From Crocinitomicaceae bacterium (GTDB lineage Bacteria > Bacteroidota > Bacteroidia > Flavobacteriales_D > Crocinitomicaceae), in the NCBI GenBank assembly GCA_041392275.1, contig JAWKMK010000008.1, positions 18,327 to 82,326 on the forward strand: a stretch of DNA of 64,000 nucleotides, in the 5' to 3' direction. A program made the translations under genes and the position numbers. This document shows positions 33,876 through 45,933 of this stretch, piece by piece. How positions within the stretch are numbered: position 1 is the stretch's first letter; every line of letters begins with the position of its first letter. Under the pieces are notes generated by a model. It saw nothing but the letters and a program-made list of their open reading frames with translations. It searched no databases and was not told where the DNA came from.

Positions 33876-36800
33876 TTAGTATTCTAACACATCTTTATGG
33901 TCATAAGGTTCTGTTGTTAGTTTTTCAAAATCCAATGGTGGTTTGTTTAAACCAAATTTGTTTAAAATACTATCGAATGTTTGATAAACTACAGGAACTA
34001 CAATCAATGTTAGGAACAACGAAGAAATCAACCCTCCGATAATTACCCAAGCCAAACCGTTTTTCCATTCAGAACCTGCACCCGATGCAATTGCAATTGG
34101 CAACATACCAATCACCATGGCAATGGTAGTCATCAAGATTGGACGCAAACGTGCATGGTTGGCCAAAATCAACGCTTCGTGGGTAGATTTTCCTTCAGAT
34201 TTTAGATGGTTGGTAAAATCGACTAAGATAATCGCATTTTTTGCCACCAAACCAATCAACATAATCATACCAAGAATGGTAAAGATACTCAACAAGTTGT
34301 TGGTTAATGCCAATGCTAAAAACGCTCCGATAATTGCCAAAGGAATTGAGAACATTACCACAAGTGGGTGCACAAAACTGTCGTACAACATTACCATGAT
34401 AAAATAAACCAACAATACGGAAACAGTTAAAGCGATTCCTAATGATCCAAAACCATCTTGTTGACGTTCCATATCACCACCCCATTTGTAATCAATCCCC
34501 AATGGTTTGTCCATTTTTGCCATTTTTGCTTCTAATTCAGCAGCAATAGCACTAACTGGCTTACCAACAGCTTGTGATTGTACTTTTACAGATGCTGTTT
34601 TGTCACGTCTTTCCAATTTATTAGGTCCAGATTTCAATTCAACATTTGCAAATTGCGATAAATGAACGATTTGCCCCATGTTGTTTACAAACGATACATT
34701 TTTAACATCTTCAATGTTTTTACGGTTAAACGCATCTAAACGTATGTTGATATCGTATTCATACTCACCACGTCTAAATTTACCATCTGTATTTCCGTTG
34801 AATGAAGTTTGTAACGTTCCCCCAACAACTTGCATGCTCAAACCTAAAGCTGCCATTTTATCACGGTCAATTTCAATGGCAATTTCTGGAGTTCCAGCCT
34901 CAGATGAAACTTTTGCTTCGGCAACACCTGGAATGTTTCTCAAAGTATCCAATACTTTATCTGCAAAAGCGTAAACCTCATTGATATCTGAACCAATAAT
35001 AGCCATTTCAAGTGGAGCACTTTCAGCCATACCCATGATACTAATAGGCGCTGTTGTTACTTTTGCCCCCACCAAAATTTTAGACAACTCTTTTTTGTAT
35101 TTAGCAGCCAAAATGTTGGTCGCATCTTCACGCTCATTTTTGTTAACCAATTTCATAGCAATCTCACCTTTGTAGAGCGTTTTGCTAATTCCCGACATAC
35201 CGTCGGATGATTGACCAACTGTTGTAATCAACGTTTTAACCTCTGGTTTTTTCGACAAATGCTCTTCGGCTTTCATCAACATTTGGTTGGTTTGTTCCAA
35301 CGATGCATCTTTTGGCAACTCTACTTGCACCAATAGCTCTCCTCTATCTCCTTGTGCAAAGAATTCAGCACCGATAAATCCACCAATTACCAATCCAAAC
35401 GATGAAATTAACAAGGTAACAACAATCACTAATGTGGAAACTTTATGACGCAATGCCCATTCCAAAATTCGAGAAATCCAGTTGGTGAATTTTTTCAACC
35501 ATCCTTCAAATGCTAAAATAATTTTACCACCTAAGTTTTTACCCGAAAAATGCTCCAAAGTTCCATAACGAGATGTTAACCATGGTACGATTGTAAACGA
35601 TGTAAATAAACTGAGTAATACGGCAATTACAATGGTTAAACAGAATTCACGTAAAATATTAGCTACCATCCCCGTACTTAAACCAATTGGTAAGAATACC
35701 ACCACAATTACTAAGGTAATGGAGATAACGGTAAATCCAATTTCACGCGTTCCATCTACAGAAGCTCTCACCTATTTTTACCCATTTCCATGTGGCGATA
35801 AATATTTTCAATAACCACAATGGCGTCATCCACCAAGATTCCAACAACCAATGAAAGTGCTAATAATGACATTAAGTTAAGTGAGAATCCTAAGAAAAAC
35901 ATTCCAATAAAGGTTGCAATCAATGAAATTGGAATGGCAATCATAACGATTAACGCATTTCTTAAACTGTGTAAGAACAACAACATGATAGCTGCCACCA
36001 AAATAATAGCCATAATCAAGTCGTGAACAACTGCATCTGCAGATTCTAATGTGTACAAAGATGTATCGTTTGCAATTTGCATTTTAACGCCATACCCTTT
36101 GTATTCTTCTTCAATTTGCTTTAAAACTTTTTGTGTCTTTTCACTCACAGAAACAGCATTGGCATCCGATTGTTTTAATACTTGAAGTGCAATAGATTCT
36201 TTTCTATTTAAACGAGCAATCTTTTCAGCATCTTGTTGTGTTTCTTGTACATCGGCAATGTCTTTCAAACGTACTTGTCCGTTGCTTTGGTTGGATTGCA
36301 CAATTACCAAGTTACCCAACTCTTCAATGGTTTTATATTTACCTTCCAAACGAATCAACATGCTTTGTTCTTGCGATTTCACACTACCCGTAGGGAAATC
36401 CATGTTAGAAGACAAAATAGCTTGCTGAACTTGCAAAATTGATAAGTTATACGTTTCCAATTTTTAGCATCCAAATTCACTTGGAATTCACGTTCACGTC
36501 CTCCAATAGAAATAACACGCGCAACCCCTTCAATTCGTGCCAATAAAGGCTGAATACGTTTGTCAATCAAATCGTTAAATTCTACATCAGACATTTTATC
36601 AGAAGTTGCCGCAATCGAAACAATTAGCAAGTCGTCGAATGAGAATTTTTAATTGACGGTGTTTTAATGGATTCTGGTAAATCTGACATAATAGCGTCAA
36701 TGTTGCGCTGTGCATCGGTCATCGAGAAATTTACATCGGCATTATCTTGTAATTGAATAACAATCAATGATAAACTTTCAAACGATGAGCTTCAATCTTT

Positions 36801-37031
36801 TTACCTTTTTCCATGGAAGCAACTGCCTCCTCAATTTTTTTGTAACTGTATTTTCTACTTCAGAGGAGATGCTCCGGGATAAACCGTTACAACAGAGATT
36901 ACACTTGGTGTAAACTTAGGTAATAATTCATAATTCAACAATGAATAGGATATCAATCCAAAGAGTGTTAATGCTGTAAACACAACAATAACAAGCGATG
37001 GACGCTTAATGGAGATGTCTGTAATTTTCAT
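33876..37031 (-). CDS. RND (AcrB/AcrD/AcrF) efflux permease (frameshifted into several ORFs)
   Basis: MKITDISIKRPS start at 37031; GILVDDAIVVIENI, GLVAKNAIILVDF and RLRPILMT motifs. Confidence 0.92.
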
Positions 37032-37050
37032 TTTCTAATCTTTTTAAAAA

Positions 37051-38115
37051 TTATTTAATGATTTCAATTTCAGAACCATCAATTAAGTTGATTTGACCAG
37101 TAGTAATAACGATATCACCTTCGTTTAATCCAGCAAGAATTTCCACTTGATCACCAAACACTGTTCCTGGCTCTACTTTTTTAGCTGTAGCAATGCCACT
37201 TTTTTCAACAACATAAATTTGTCCGCTGTTTACACCCCCTACAAAACATGAACGTGGAATGGCAATAATTGGTTGTTGTTCTCCAAATTCAAATGTTGCT
37301 GAAGCATACATTCCAGCCTTCAGCTTTCCTTTTTCACCAGAATTATCCAACTGAATTTCGATAGGATAATTTAAACTATTATCTGCTTTTGGTGCAATAA
37401 ATGAAATTTTTCCTGTAAAATTCTCATCTTGAAAAACAGGGATTTTAATGTTTACTTTGTAACCTACTCCTAATTGAATAACTTGACGCTCGTTGGCTGC
37501 AACTTTTAATTTCAAACTAGAAATATCAACTATATTGAACAATTGAGAACCTGCACCTACAAACGAACCTACTTCAATCATACGGGTATTGATAATTCCA
37601 GAAATAGGTGCTTTAATAACAGCATCCGATACTCTTTTACGCGCTTGATTCAATTGAATTTCAGCGTTTTTAACCGCTAAATTGATTTCATCAACTTGTG
37701 ATTGTGTAACACCACCCGATTTTAATGCCGCTGTTAAACGTGCTTGGTCACTTTTTAATTTCGCCAAAGCATCGCTTGCACGTTGTTCATCCAAACCAGA
37801 ATAAACACTTTCAACACGAGCTAATACCTGACCTTTTGTTACTCTATCACCTTCTTTAGCTGACAATGAAATAATTTTTCCATTCACTTCAGAAACAACC
37901 ACTAAATCTTGGTTAGCTGCTAATTTACCATTTACAGAAAAGTCAATATTTATAGCTTCTTTTTTAACTGTAAATACTTTCACGGGAATTTTTCCATTTC
38001 CAGTACTAACTACATCAACTTTTGATTGATTTTCTTTTTTATTGCTTGCTAATTTCATTGCAATTCCAACACCTAAAACTGCAATTACTAATATGTATAT
38101 GATGGCTTTTTTCAT
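37051..38115 (-). CDS. RND periplasmic adaptor (membrane fusion protein)
   Basis: N-terminal TM; EGDRVTKGQVL, IKAPISG, LKAGMYA and GLNEGDIVI motifs. Confidence 0.92.
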   Translation of the reverse strand: MKKAIIYILVIAVLGVGIAMKLASNKKENQSKVDVVSTGNGKIPVKVFTVKKEAINIDFSVNGKLAANQDLVVVSEVNGKIISLSAKEGDRVTKGQVLARVESVYSGLDEQRASDALAKLKSDQARLTAALKSGGVTQSQVDEINLAVKNAEIQLNQARKRVSDAVIKAPISGIINTRMIEVGSFVGAGSQLFNIVDISSLKLKVAANERQVIQLGVGYKVNIKIPVFQDENFTGKISFIAPKADNSLNYPIEIQLDNSGEKGKLKAGMYASATFEFGEQQPIIAIPRSCFVGGVNSGQIYVVEKSGIATAKKVEPGTVFGDQVEILAGLNEGDIVITTGQINLIDGSEIEIIK

Positions 38116-38128
38116 TTTTGAAAACTTT

Positions 38129-39481
38129 TTATTTATTTAATAACGAACTGATTTCTCCTTTTGATTTAATTAACTCCAACTCTGCAACTTTGTATTGCAA
38201 TAATGCTTCTGTATAGCTATTTTCTGCTGATCTTAATTCTGTTTCAGCATTAATTAAATCGGTCAAACTAGCCAAACCTAATTGGTAATTGCTTTGCGTC
38301 ACATCAAAAACTTCTTTGGCCATTCTTTTGTTGGCTTCTTGTACTTCAATGGTGCGAATGCTATTATCAATCTGGATTTTCGCATTTTCATACGCCATTG
38401 TCAATGCGTTTGTTGTTTTTGTCATTTCTTCACGCAATTGTTTCAATTGAATCTCAGAAGACTTAACTCTTGAGTGTCTTGCCAATCCATCAAACAGAGG
38501 AACTGTAAGGTTTAAAGAAATAGAAGACATATCATAACTCAATGCTTTTTTGGAATACATGTTAAATTTGTTGCTTTGTGAATTATAGGTGTAATGTCCT
38601 GATAAATACAAGCTTGGGATGTAACCTGCTTTATGCACTTTCGTTTGCAATGACAACAATTCTGCTTGTTTATTCATCACCTTCATTGAAAGTAAATTTT
38701 CTGTATTCAATGGTTGATCTTTTGAAATGGCTCCTCCAAAATTCTCCATTTCAGATAATGCCGTTTCAGGAACCGTAATTTGTTCACTAATTGGCATCCC
38801 CATGTAATATTTCAACAAATTTGCCATTTGTGTAACCGCATTTTCCAACTCGATTTTTTGAGCAATCAAATTAGTTTTATTGACTTTCACACGGTCCAAA
38901 TCAATTTTTTTTACCAATCCATTTTCCAATTGTGACGTCAAAATCTCTTCCAATTGCGTAACGCGCTCAATGTTAGCATCTAAAACTCCCATTTTTGCTC
39001 TTGTTACAACCAATTGATAGTAATTTGTAGCCACTTGTTGCAACACATTTTCTTCACTCAATTGTGCTGATAGCTCATAAAAACTAGCGCTACCTTTTGC
39101 CGCTTTTAAGCCTGCAAACACTTGTTGGTTATAAATTTGTTGACTAAGCGTAACTTGTGTCATTGCCGACCAATTTTGTCCTGCACGAATTGCGATAAAT
39201 TCATCTGGACTCCCTCCCATCATCGCTTTTGGCAATACAAATTGTTGCACAATTGGGTTACCTGTGATTGAAGAATTCAGATTAATTTGTGGCATAGCAG
39301 AAGCCATTGATTCGGAAACTTTCGCTTTTCCATTCTCGACATCCAATCGAGCTTGTTTCATTACCTCGCTGTTTTCCAATGCATAATTGAGTGCATCTTG
39401 CAACGTAATAGTGCGCTGAGCAAACAAAGGTGAAACTGAAAACAGAGCAATGAATAATGTACTGTAAATTGTGTGTTTCAT
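38129..39481 (-). CDS. TolC family outer-membrane channel
   Basis: Signal peptide; TLQDALNYALEN, VPLFDG and YQLGLASLTDL motifs. Confidence 0.92.
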   Translation of the reverse strand: MKHTIYSTLFIALFSVSPLFAQRTITLQDALNYALENSEVMKQARLDVENGKAKVSESMASAMPQINLNSSITGNPIVQQFVLPKAMMGGSPDEFIAIRAGQNWSAMTQVTLSQQIYNQQVFAGLKAAKGSASFYELSAQLSEENVLQQVATNYYQLVVTRAKMGVLDANIERVTQLEEILTSQLENGLVKKIDLDRVKVNKTNLIAQKIELENAVTQMANLLKYYMGMPISEQITVPETALSEMENFGGAISKDQPLNTENLLSMKVMNKQAELLSLQTKVHKAGYIPSLYLSGHYTYNSQSNKFNMYSKKALSYDMSSISLNLTVPLFDGLARHSRVKSSEIQLKQLREEMTKTTNALTMAYENAKIQIDNSIRTIEVQEANKRMAKEVFDVTQSNYQLGLASLTDLINAETELRSAENSYTEALLQYKVAELELIKSKGEISSLLNK

Positions 39482-39659
39482 TTTTCCTAATAAAAAGTGG
39501 TGCAAATTTGATGATAATTAATCAATTAATAAGATAGTTTTTAGTTGAAACGGACAAAAAAAATGTTAAACCTATTATTACTATGTTCAATCGATAAAAA
39601 AAATGGAGTTCATCAACGAATGTCGTGTTTGTTTTATATTTTTACATAAAAAATAAATT

Positions 39660-40481
39660 ATGTTGTTTATACATTGGGATGTAACTCCTGAAATTTTTTC
39701 TGGTCTAAAAACACCAAATTATTATGGACTTTTATTTGTAACCGGTTTAATACTTGGTTATTACACCATTCGTAAAATGTTCCGAAAAGAAGGTATAGCT
39801 GATGAAAAACTGGATAAATTAGTACTTTACGTAGTAATTGCGACCATTGTTGGTGCTCGTTTAGGCCACGTATTCTTTTATGATTGGTCGTATTACAGCC
39901 AACATCCTGGCGATATTATTAAAGTTTGGGAAGGCGGTTTGGCAAGTCACGGTGGTGCAATTGCACTGGTCATCGCTCTTATTTTATACAACAAATTAGT
40001 TTTGAAAAAAGATTACATGTGGATCTTTGACCGTATTTCTGCTCCTATTGCCATTGCAGGAACATTTATTCGTTTAGGAAATTTAATGAACAGTGAAATT
40101 GTGGGTCGACCATCAGATGTGCCTTGGGCTTTTGAGTTTGTACATTATATCAATGAAACAACGGGGCAGTTTGACCCTACTCCACGTCATCCAGCACAAT
40201 TGTATGAAGCCATCATGTATCTTTCAATTTTTGGTATTTTAATGTTTTTATTTTGGAAAAAAGAAGCTTGGAAACAGCCAGGTTTAACTTTTGGCGTATT
40301 TCTAATTCTTTTGTTTGGTGGAAGATTTTTGGTTGAATTCTTCAAAGAAGGACAAACCGCTTATGACAATACGTTAACAATTAATACGGGCCAACAATTA
40401 TCTATTCCATTTGTTATTGCTGGTATTATCATTTTAATTTGGTCGTATAAAAACAAGTCCAAAAACGCTCCAACTGCTTAA
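39660..40481 (+). CDS. lgt: Prolipoprotein diacylglyceryl transferase
   Basis: GARLGHV, EGGLASHGG, RLGNLMNSE, RHPAQLYEA and RFLVEF motifs. Confidence 0.97.
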   Translation: MLFIHWDVTPEIFSGLKTPNYYGLLFVTGLILGYYTIRKMFRKEGIADEKLDKLVLYVVIATIVGARLGHVFFYDWSYYSQHPGDIIKVWEGGLASHGGAIALVIALILYNKLVLKKDYMWIFDRISAPIAIAGTFIRLGNLMNSEIVGRPSDVPWAFEFVHYINETTGQFDPTPRHPAQLYEAIMYLSIFGILMFLFWKKEAWKQPGLTFGVFLILLFGGRFLVEFFKEGQTAYDNTLTINTGQQLSIPFVIAGIIILIWSYKNKSKNAPTA

Positions 40482-40493
40482 ATTGTAGATAAA

Positions 40494-41418
40494 ATGGCAA
40501 ATAAAACCATCGATCGGATAAAACTTGCAAATTTTGGCAACTTAGAATTGTTGGCAAAACAAGTGGTAGAAGGTTTTATTACAGGACTTCACAAAAGCCC
40601 GTTTCATGGTTTTTCTGTTGAGTTTGCCGAACATTTATTATACAACAAAGGAGAAGTCAACCGTCCGCTATTGATTGGGAAGTTATATGTGCAGAACAGA
40701 AAAATTATTTGCAAAAATACGAAGAAGAAACCAATTTGCGCTGTCAATTGTAATTGAAATATTTCAGGTTCCATGTTTACCCTAAAGATGTAGATTTTAC
40801 AAAATATGAATATGCCACCTATGCGGCGGAAACTCGTTGATTGAATTATTAAAGAAACAACGTGATGCCGTAAGAATAGCTTGTTTTTCTGACAAGTTAG
40901 AAGTACATACTCCAGCAAAATCAAGTGTTGCCCACCACCGTTATTTATATAGCGAACTTGAAAAATATTTGGTAGAATATTCAGAAAAACATCAAAAACA
41001 AAACGACACATTACAGCTATACATTCTGTGGCTGAATTGTGCCATAAACGTAGTTTGATTATTTTGTTTACCGATTTTTAGATAATCCATCAAAACGGAT
41101 GAACTTTTTCATACTTTGCAACACCTTAAACACAACAAACACGAAGTAATTGTTTTTCATGTAGTTGACAAAAAAACAGAAATAGAATTTAACTTTGAAA
41201 ATCGCCCGTATACTTTAGTAGATATGGAAACTGGCGAAAAAATGAAGGTGCAACCTGCAGAATTAAAAGCCAACTATCAAGAAGCAATTAATCGCCATTT
41301 CAATGAGTTAAAAATGCGCATGATGAACCATAAGATTGATTTTGTGCAAGTAGATATCAACAAAGGTTATGACGCTGTTTTATTGCAATATTTGCTCAAA
41401 CGTCAAAAAATGAATTAA
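40494..41418 (+). CDS. DUF58 domain protein (frameshifted)
   Basis: AKQVVEGFITGLHKSPFHGFSVEFAEH; fragments 40837..41058 and 41116..41418 (HEVIVFHV..DMETGE). Confidence 0.88.
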
Positions 41419-42074
41419 AAAATCATGTTGTTATTCACCAATGTTTGATGAATTTCTTTAGAAACAGAATCTTTTACATTTTCTTTTACAATTCCTCTGA
41501 AATTACCCGCTGGTTCTTCAATAACTTCAACTGTTTTAAAAACATATTTATTGTTTTCCCATTTCAAAATGCAGTTATAATACACGTCCGAACCTTCAAT
41601 TTTATCAATAAATCGCAACAATAAATCGTCGTTTGTTCCAGCGTTTTTGCGTTTACCAATTACGTTTGCTATAAACCCATTCACCTTGATTAAAGCACCA
41701 TTTTCACGTTCAAATACTAAAACTCTTCGCAATGGAACACCTCCAACATTGGCTTTTACCAATAAAATAAATCCATCTTTCAACGGTTTATTATCGTTTA
41801 AGCTAAAGAATTTAAAATTTTCGGCCGTACAAGGAGTAACCAATTTACCTGTTTTATCCACTTGTGCATCACTACAAATATTAATTTCTTTTAGTAGCGA
41901 AACAACACTTGTATCTTCAAATTCTTTTGAATCAAACAACTCCTCAATACCTTGAAATTCATTGGATTGACTTTGTTTAATTACTGTATTTGTTTCATCG
42001 TTTTCTACTTTAGTTTTGCATGCAAACAAAACAAGTAAAAGAATTGAAAAACTAATGTATTTAGTGATATGCAT
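41415..42074 (-). CDS. Hypothetical lipoprotein
   Basis: LFAC lipobox; 219-aa ORF overlapping the end of the HMG-CoA lyase gene. Confidence 0.75.
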   Translation of the reverse strand: MHITKYISFSILLLVLFACKTKVENDETNTVIKQSQSNEFQGIEELFDSKEFEDTSVVSLLKEINICSDAQVDKTGKLVTPCTAENFKFFSLNDNKPLKDGFILLVKANVGGVPLRRVLVFERENGALIKVNGFIANVIGKRKNAGTNDDLLLRFIDKIEGSDVYYNCILKWENNKYVFKTVEVIEEPAGNFRGIVKENVKDSVSKEIHQTLVNNNMIF

Positions 42075-42921
42075 AAAAAATAGAATTTGATTCGTTCATT
42101 GCATTTATAAACGCATTTTTATCAATTGGTAACACGATGTTTTGTTTTTCAAACCAATCCAACATAATTTCGGTAGGCATATTACCTGTTAAATCGTCTT
42201 TAGCCATTGGGCAACCACCAAAGCCTTTTATTGCTCCATCAAATCTTCTGCAACCAGCATTATAGGCCGCTGCCACCATTTTTGATGCATTTTCTTTGGT
42301 CGTGTGTAAGTGCGCTCCAAATTCTACTTTTGGTAATTCTGGAATCAATGCTTTGAATAAATAATCAACCGAAACTGTTGCACAGCCAATTGTGTCGCTC
42401 AACGCTTGAATGGTTAACCCAAAATCATTATATAACTTTTCGCTCCATTTAATTACGGTTTCTGCATCCCAATGTTCACCATACGGATTGCCAAATCCCA
42501 TGGACAAATATACCACCACCTGTTTATTGTGTCTTTGAGCAATTGATTGAATTGTCTCTACACGGTGCAATGATTCTTCAATAGTGCTATTGGTGTTTCT
42601 TAATTGAAATTGTTCTGAAACAGAAAACGGATAACCCAAGTAAGTTACTTCATCAAATTGAACAGCATCCTCTGCTCCACGCTCGTTGGCAACAATGGTT
42701 AATAATTTTGATGCAGCATTTTGAAGGTCAATTTTTTTCAAAAGTTCTGCTGTATCCTTCATTTGAGGAATTGATTTTGGAGATACAAAACTACCAACAT
42801 CAATTGTATCAAAATTGCATTTCAAAATACTGTTCACATAAGCTACTTTCAGGTCAGTAGGAATAAATTCCTTAATTCCCTGCATAGCATCACGCGGACA
42901 TTCAATTAATTTCAAATCCAT
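42061..42921 (-). CDS. Hydroxymethylglutaryl-CoA lyase
   Basis: ECPRDAMQG, GSFVSPK, SDTIG, GAHLH and GFGGCP motifs. Confidence 0.93.
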   Translation of the reverse strand: MDLKLIECPRDAMQGIKEFIPTDLKVAYVNSILKCNFDTIDVGSFVSPKSIPQMKDTAELLKKIDLQNAASKLLTIVANERGAEDAVQFDEVTYLGYPFSVSEQFQLRNTNSTIEESLHRVETIQSIAQRHNKQVVVYLSMGFGNPYGEHWDAETVIKWSEKLYNDFGLTIQALSDTIGCATVSVDYLFKALIPELPKVEFGAHLHTTKENASKMVAAAYNAGCRRFDGAIKGFGGCPMAKDDLTGNMPTEIMLDWFEKQNIVLPIDKNAFINAMNESNSIFYAYH

Positions 42922-42937
42922 ATTCTCAAAAATACAA

Positions 42938-43972
42938 TTATTTTGTTTGTTTTAAAATGGCTTGGTTAATTTTCTTCACCAATCCTGGTCCTTCATAAAT
43001 AAATCCTGTGTACAATTGTACCAACGAAGCACCAGCATTTAGTTTTTCAAGTGCATCTTCCGCACTGTGAATTCCTCCAACACCAATAATCGGGAACGCC
43101 TTATTGGATTTTTGTGATAAATAGCGTATAACCTCTGTTGAACGTTTGGTTAACGGTTTTCCAGACAAACCACCCGCACCAATTGCTTCTACTTCACTTG
43201 CATTTGTTTTTAAATTGGAGCGATCAATTGTAGTATTGGTTGCAATGACACCATCAATTTTTGTTTCTTGTACAATTTCAACAATATCATCCAATTGTTC
43301 ATTAGTCAAATCAGGAGCAATTTTCAATAAAATTGGGCGCTGAATTGTTTTTGTTGCATTTTCATCTTTTAATGATTGCAATAATTTTTTCAAAGGTTCT
43401 TTTTCTTGCAACGCACGCAAGTTAGGCGTATTGGGTGAAGAAACATTGACCACAAAATAATCCACATAAGGATGCAAGGCATTGAAAGCAATTTTATAGT
43501 CATTATCTGCCTCTTCGTTGGGTGTTACTTTGTTTTTACCGATATTTCCACCAATCAACACATCCGTTTTTCTTTTTTTCAACTCACTTATTGCCGCTTC
43601 AACTCCTTCGTTATTAAAACCCATTCGGTTAATAATTGCTTCGTCTGGCTTTAAACGAAATAAACGTGGTTGTTCATTTCCTGGTTGACCTTTAGGAGTA
43701 ACAGTTCCAATTTCAATGAATCCAAACCCACAATAAGCCAAGTCATTATACATGGTTGCATTTTTATCAAATCCGGCGGCTAAACCAACTGGGTTTTTGA
43801 ATTTCAAACCAAACACTTCACGTTCCAATCGTTTATCGTTGACACAATAAAGTTTTGAAAACAGAAACTTACCTCCTGGAATTGATAAAACAAAATGTAA
43901 AAGTCCTGTTGTTAAATAGTGAACCTTTTCTGGTTGAAATAAAAATAAAATGGAGCGTAATAATTTGTACAT
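42938..43972 (-). CDS. pyrD: Quinone-dependent dihydroorotate dehydrogenase
   Basis: [33 protein letters not shown] and KIAPD motifs. Confidence 0.97.
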   Translation of the reverse strand: MYKLLRSILFLFQPEKVHYLTTGLLHFVLSIPGGKFLFSKLYCVNDKRLEREVFGLKFKNPVGLAAGFDKNATMYNDLAYCGFGFIEIGTVTPKGQPGNEQPRLFRLKPDEAIINRMGFNNEGVEAAISELKKRKTDVLIGGNIGKNKVTPNEEADNDYKIAFNALHPYVDYFVVNVSSPNTPNLRALQEKEPLKKLLQSLKDENATKTIQRPILLKIAPDLTNEQLDDIVEIVQETKIDGVIATNTTIDRSNLKTNASEVEAIGAGGLSGKPLTKRSTEVIRYLSQKSNKAFPIIGVGGIHSAEDALEKLNAGASLVQLYTGFIYEGPGLVKKINQAILKQTK

Positions 43973-44007
43973 AACAATAAATTCTAGACTACAAATGTAC
44001 AAAAGCA

Positions 44008-44035
44008 AAATGAGGCAGCTATCGCCACCTCATTA
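44008..44035 (-). terminator. Terminator downstream of the DUF6089-like gene
   Basis: Minus strand aatgaggtggc-gata-gctgcctcatt-ttgc, with G-U pairs. Confidence 0.6.
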
Positions 44036-44069
44036 AAATATTTAACATTGAATTAAAAAAGAGTTGATT

Positions 44070-45029
44070 TTAGAATTTATATCGACCTCCTCTCCAAGTG
44101 TGTTTATTTCTTTGACCTGCATAATCTTTATAAGTAATGTTTCTAGTTACAACAACATTAATATAAAAATAAGCATCTTTTTGTTTATCACCTCTTTGTT
44201 GTCCTGGAGCAAACCAAGTTGAATTTTCTACACTTGGGTTTGACAAATAAGCAGATGCTGCACCAACTTCAGAAGCTAAGATTGCTGGGTCGTAATACGT
44301 TGTTCCAACATCATCTATATAATCTGTAAATGTTTTAACATACGATGCTTCCACACCCATGCGCCACATTCTGTTCAAGCCAAAACGAATACCAACTCCC
44401 ATTGGAATTGCAAAAGTAACTGGTCCATAAGGCTTAGCTCCATCAGTAAGTCCTTGTCCTTCCGTTTTCAAAGGGCGTAAAGCAGTCCATTTTCCTTGGT
44501 ACATTGCTTTAGGGTTAAAATACGTTGCTGCGATTCCACCAAAAATATAGAATTGATCGTTTTTATCGCGCATTGATTTTAATCCTTTAATTTTATAGCG
44601 AGCACCAAATTTTTCATTTGCCCATAAAATGATATCCAAACGTTGTGCTAATTCAACAAAAAACGATCTGAAATGTAAATTTCTTGAATTACGAATAATT
44701 TCGTTTGTTAAGGCATCATTTCCTTTCAACATTCCCATTGTTAATGTGGTAGTTGTTGCAAAATAAGGGTGGAAACGGTATCTAAAACCAAGCATTCCTC
44801 CCATATTTGTTGACGGAAAATCTAAATCGGCTAATGAATAGTCTTTACCAATTCTATCTTTCCCCCCTAAGTCGCCAAGAAATTGTGTGGCTCCTAATCC
44901 AAACAAAATTTCTTTTTGTTGAGGACCAATTTCGTTGGGTATTAAAATTGGTGTGTTGTGCTGATACCATTACTTGTAAAAGCTATTGGAAACTAACAGT
45001 GCAAGTGGGTAAGTAAATATTTTATTCAT
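44070..45029 (-). CDS. DUF6089 / PorG-like outer-membrane beta-barrel (N-terminal frameshift)
   Basis: GATQFLGDLGG, RNLHFRS, LRPLKTEGQ, IPMGVG, TFTDYIDDV and QRG..KDAY motifs; ATG at 45029; TAATTTTG box at 45074..45081. Confidence 0.8.
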
Positions 45030-45146
45030 GTAATGTAGTTTAAGAATTTTCATTCTATATATCATAATAGGGTCAAAATTATACTATTTTTTTCAAATAC
45101 ACCAAAAAAAAAAGAATATTTTCAACATATAGATGTGTGTAAGATA

Positions 45147-45933
45147 CTAAAACTTAATATTTAAGTCCATAGATACACAACGAATAGTACTATCATTATT
45201 ACTATTTTGAGCAATAATATTGGTTACATAAATACGTTGATTTAAACCGATACTTTCCATTTCGTTTAGGACGTTTTGTGGAATTTTATTCCCATCAACC
45301 GTAATGGATTTATCACCAGCACGCGATGTATAGTACAAGCTAAATTGTTTCACTTTATAATCATTTGCTATAACAATTTCACTATTTTTTAAAATTATCA
45401 AATGATAAATCGCCATTAAAAACACCAGAAATCGATGGAGCAATATTTTTGGAAACAGAAATTGGAGTTGAAACTTCTACAACTTTTTCTTCAACACTTT
45501 TAGATTTTGATAATTCAATTTCATTATTATTTATTGTACTTTCTTGTTGTTGTTTTGAAGTTTAAGTTTTCTCAACTACTTTTTTCTCAACTTCTTGTGC
45601 AACTTCCATCTAAAGTTGATACGACACTTCGTTAACTGCTAAAACTACCTCTTTTTCAATTGGTTTTGTATTAGATACTACTAATTCATTTGAGTTAGTT
45701 TGTGCTAATTTACTTGAATCAGATGTTGTATTGTTAGCTGATACCAACATTCCAACTCCTATAATTGCAGCAACACTCGCTGTACCTATTGCTCCATAAA
45801 ACCAACCCTTACTTGCAAGCGTTGGCGTGTTTGATGCTTTTAATTTAGTAAGAACTGAATCAAAATTTTGTTTTGACTCAATGTAGTCTTTCGTAAGTTT
45901 TTTGCGGTCCAGATTAATTTTAAAATTTCCCAT
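45147..45933 (-). CDS. Putative anti-sigma factor: short N-terminus, single TM, low-complexity linker, GldM C-terminal-like domain (frameshifted)
   Basis: TGATG overlap with the sigma stop; TM WFYGAIGTASVAAIIGVGMLVSA; C-terminal ORF 45147..45443. Confidence 0.6.
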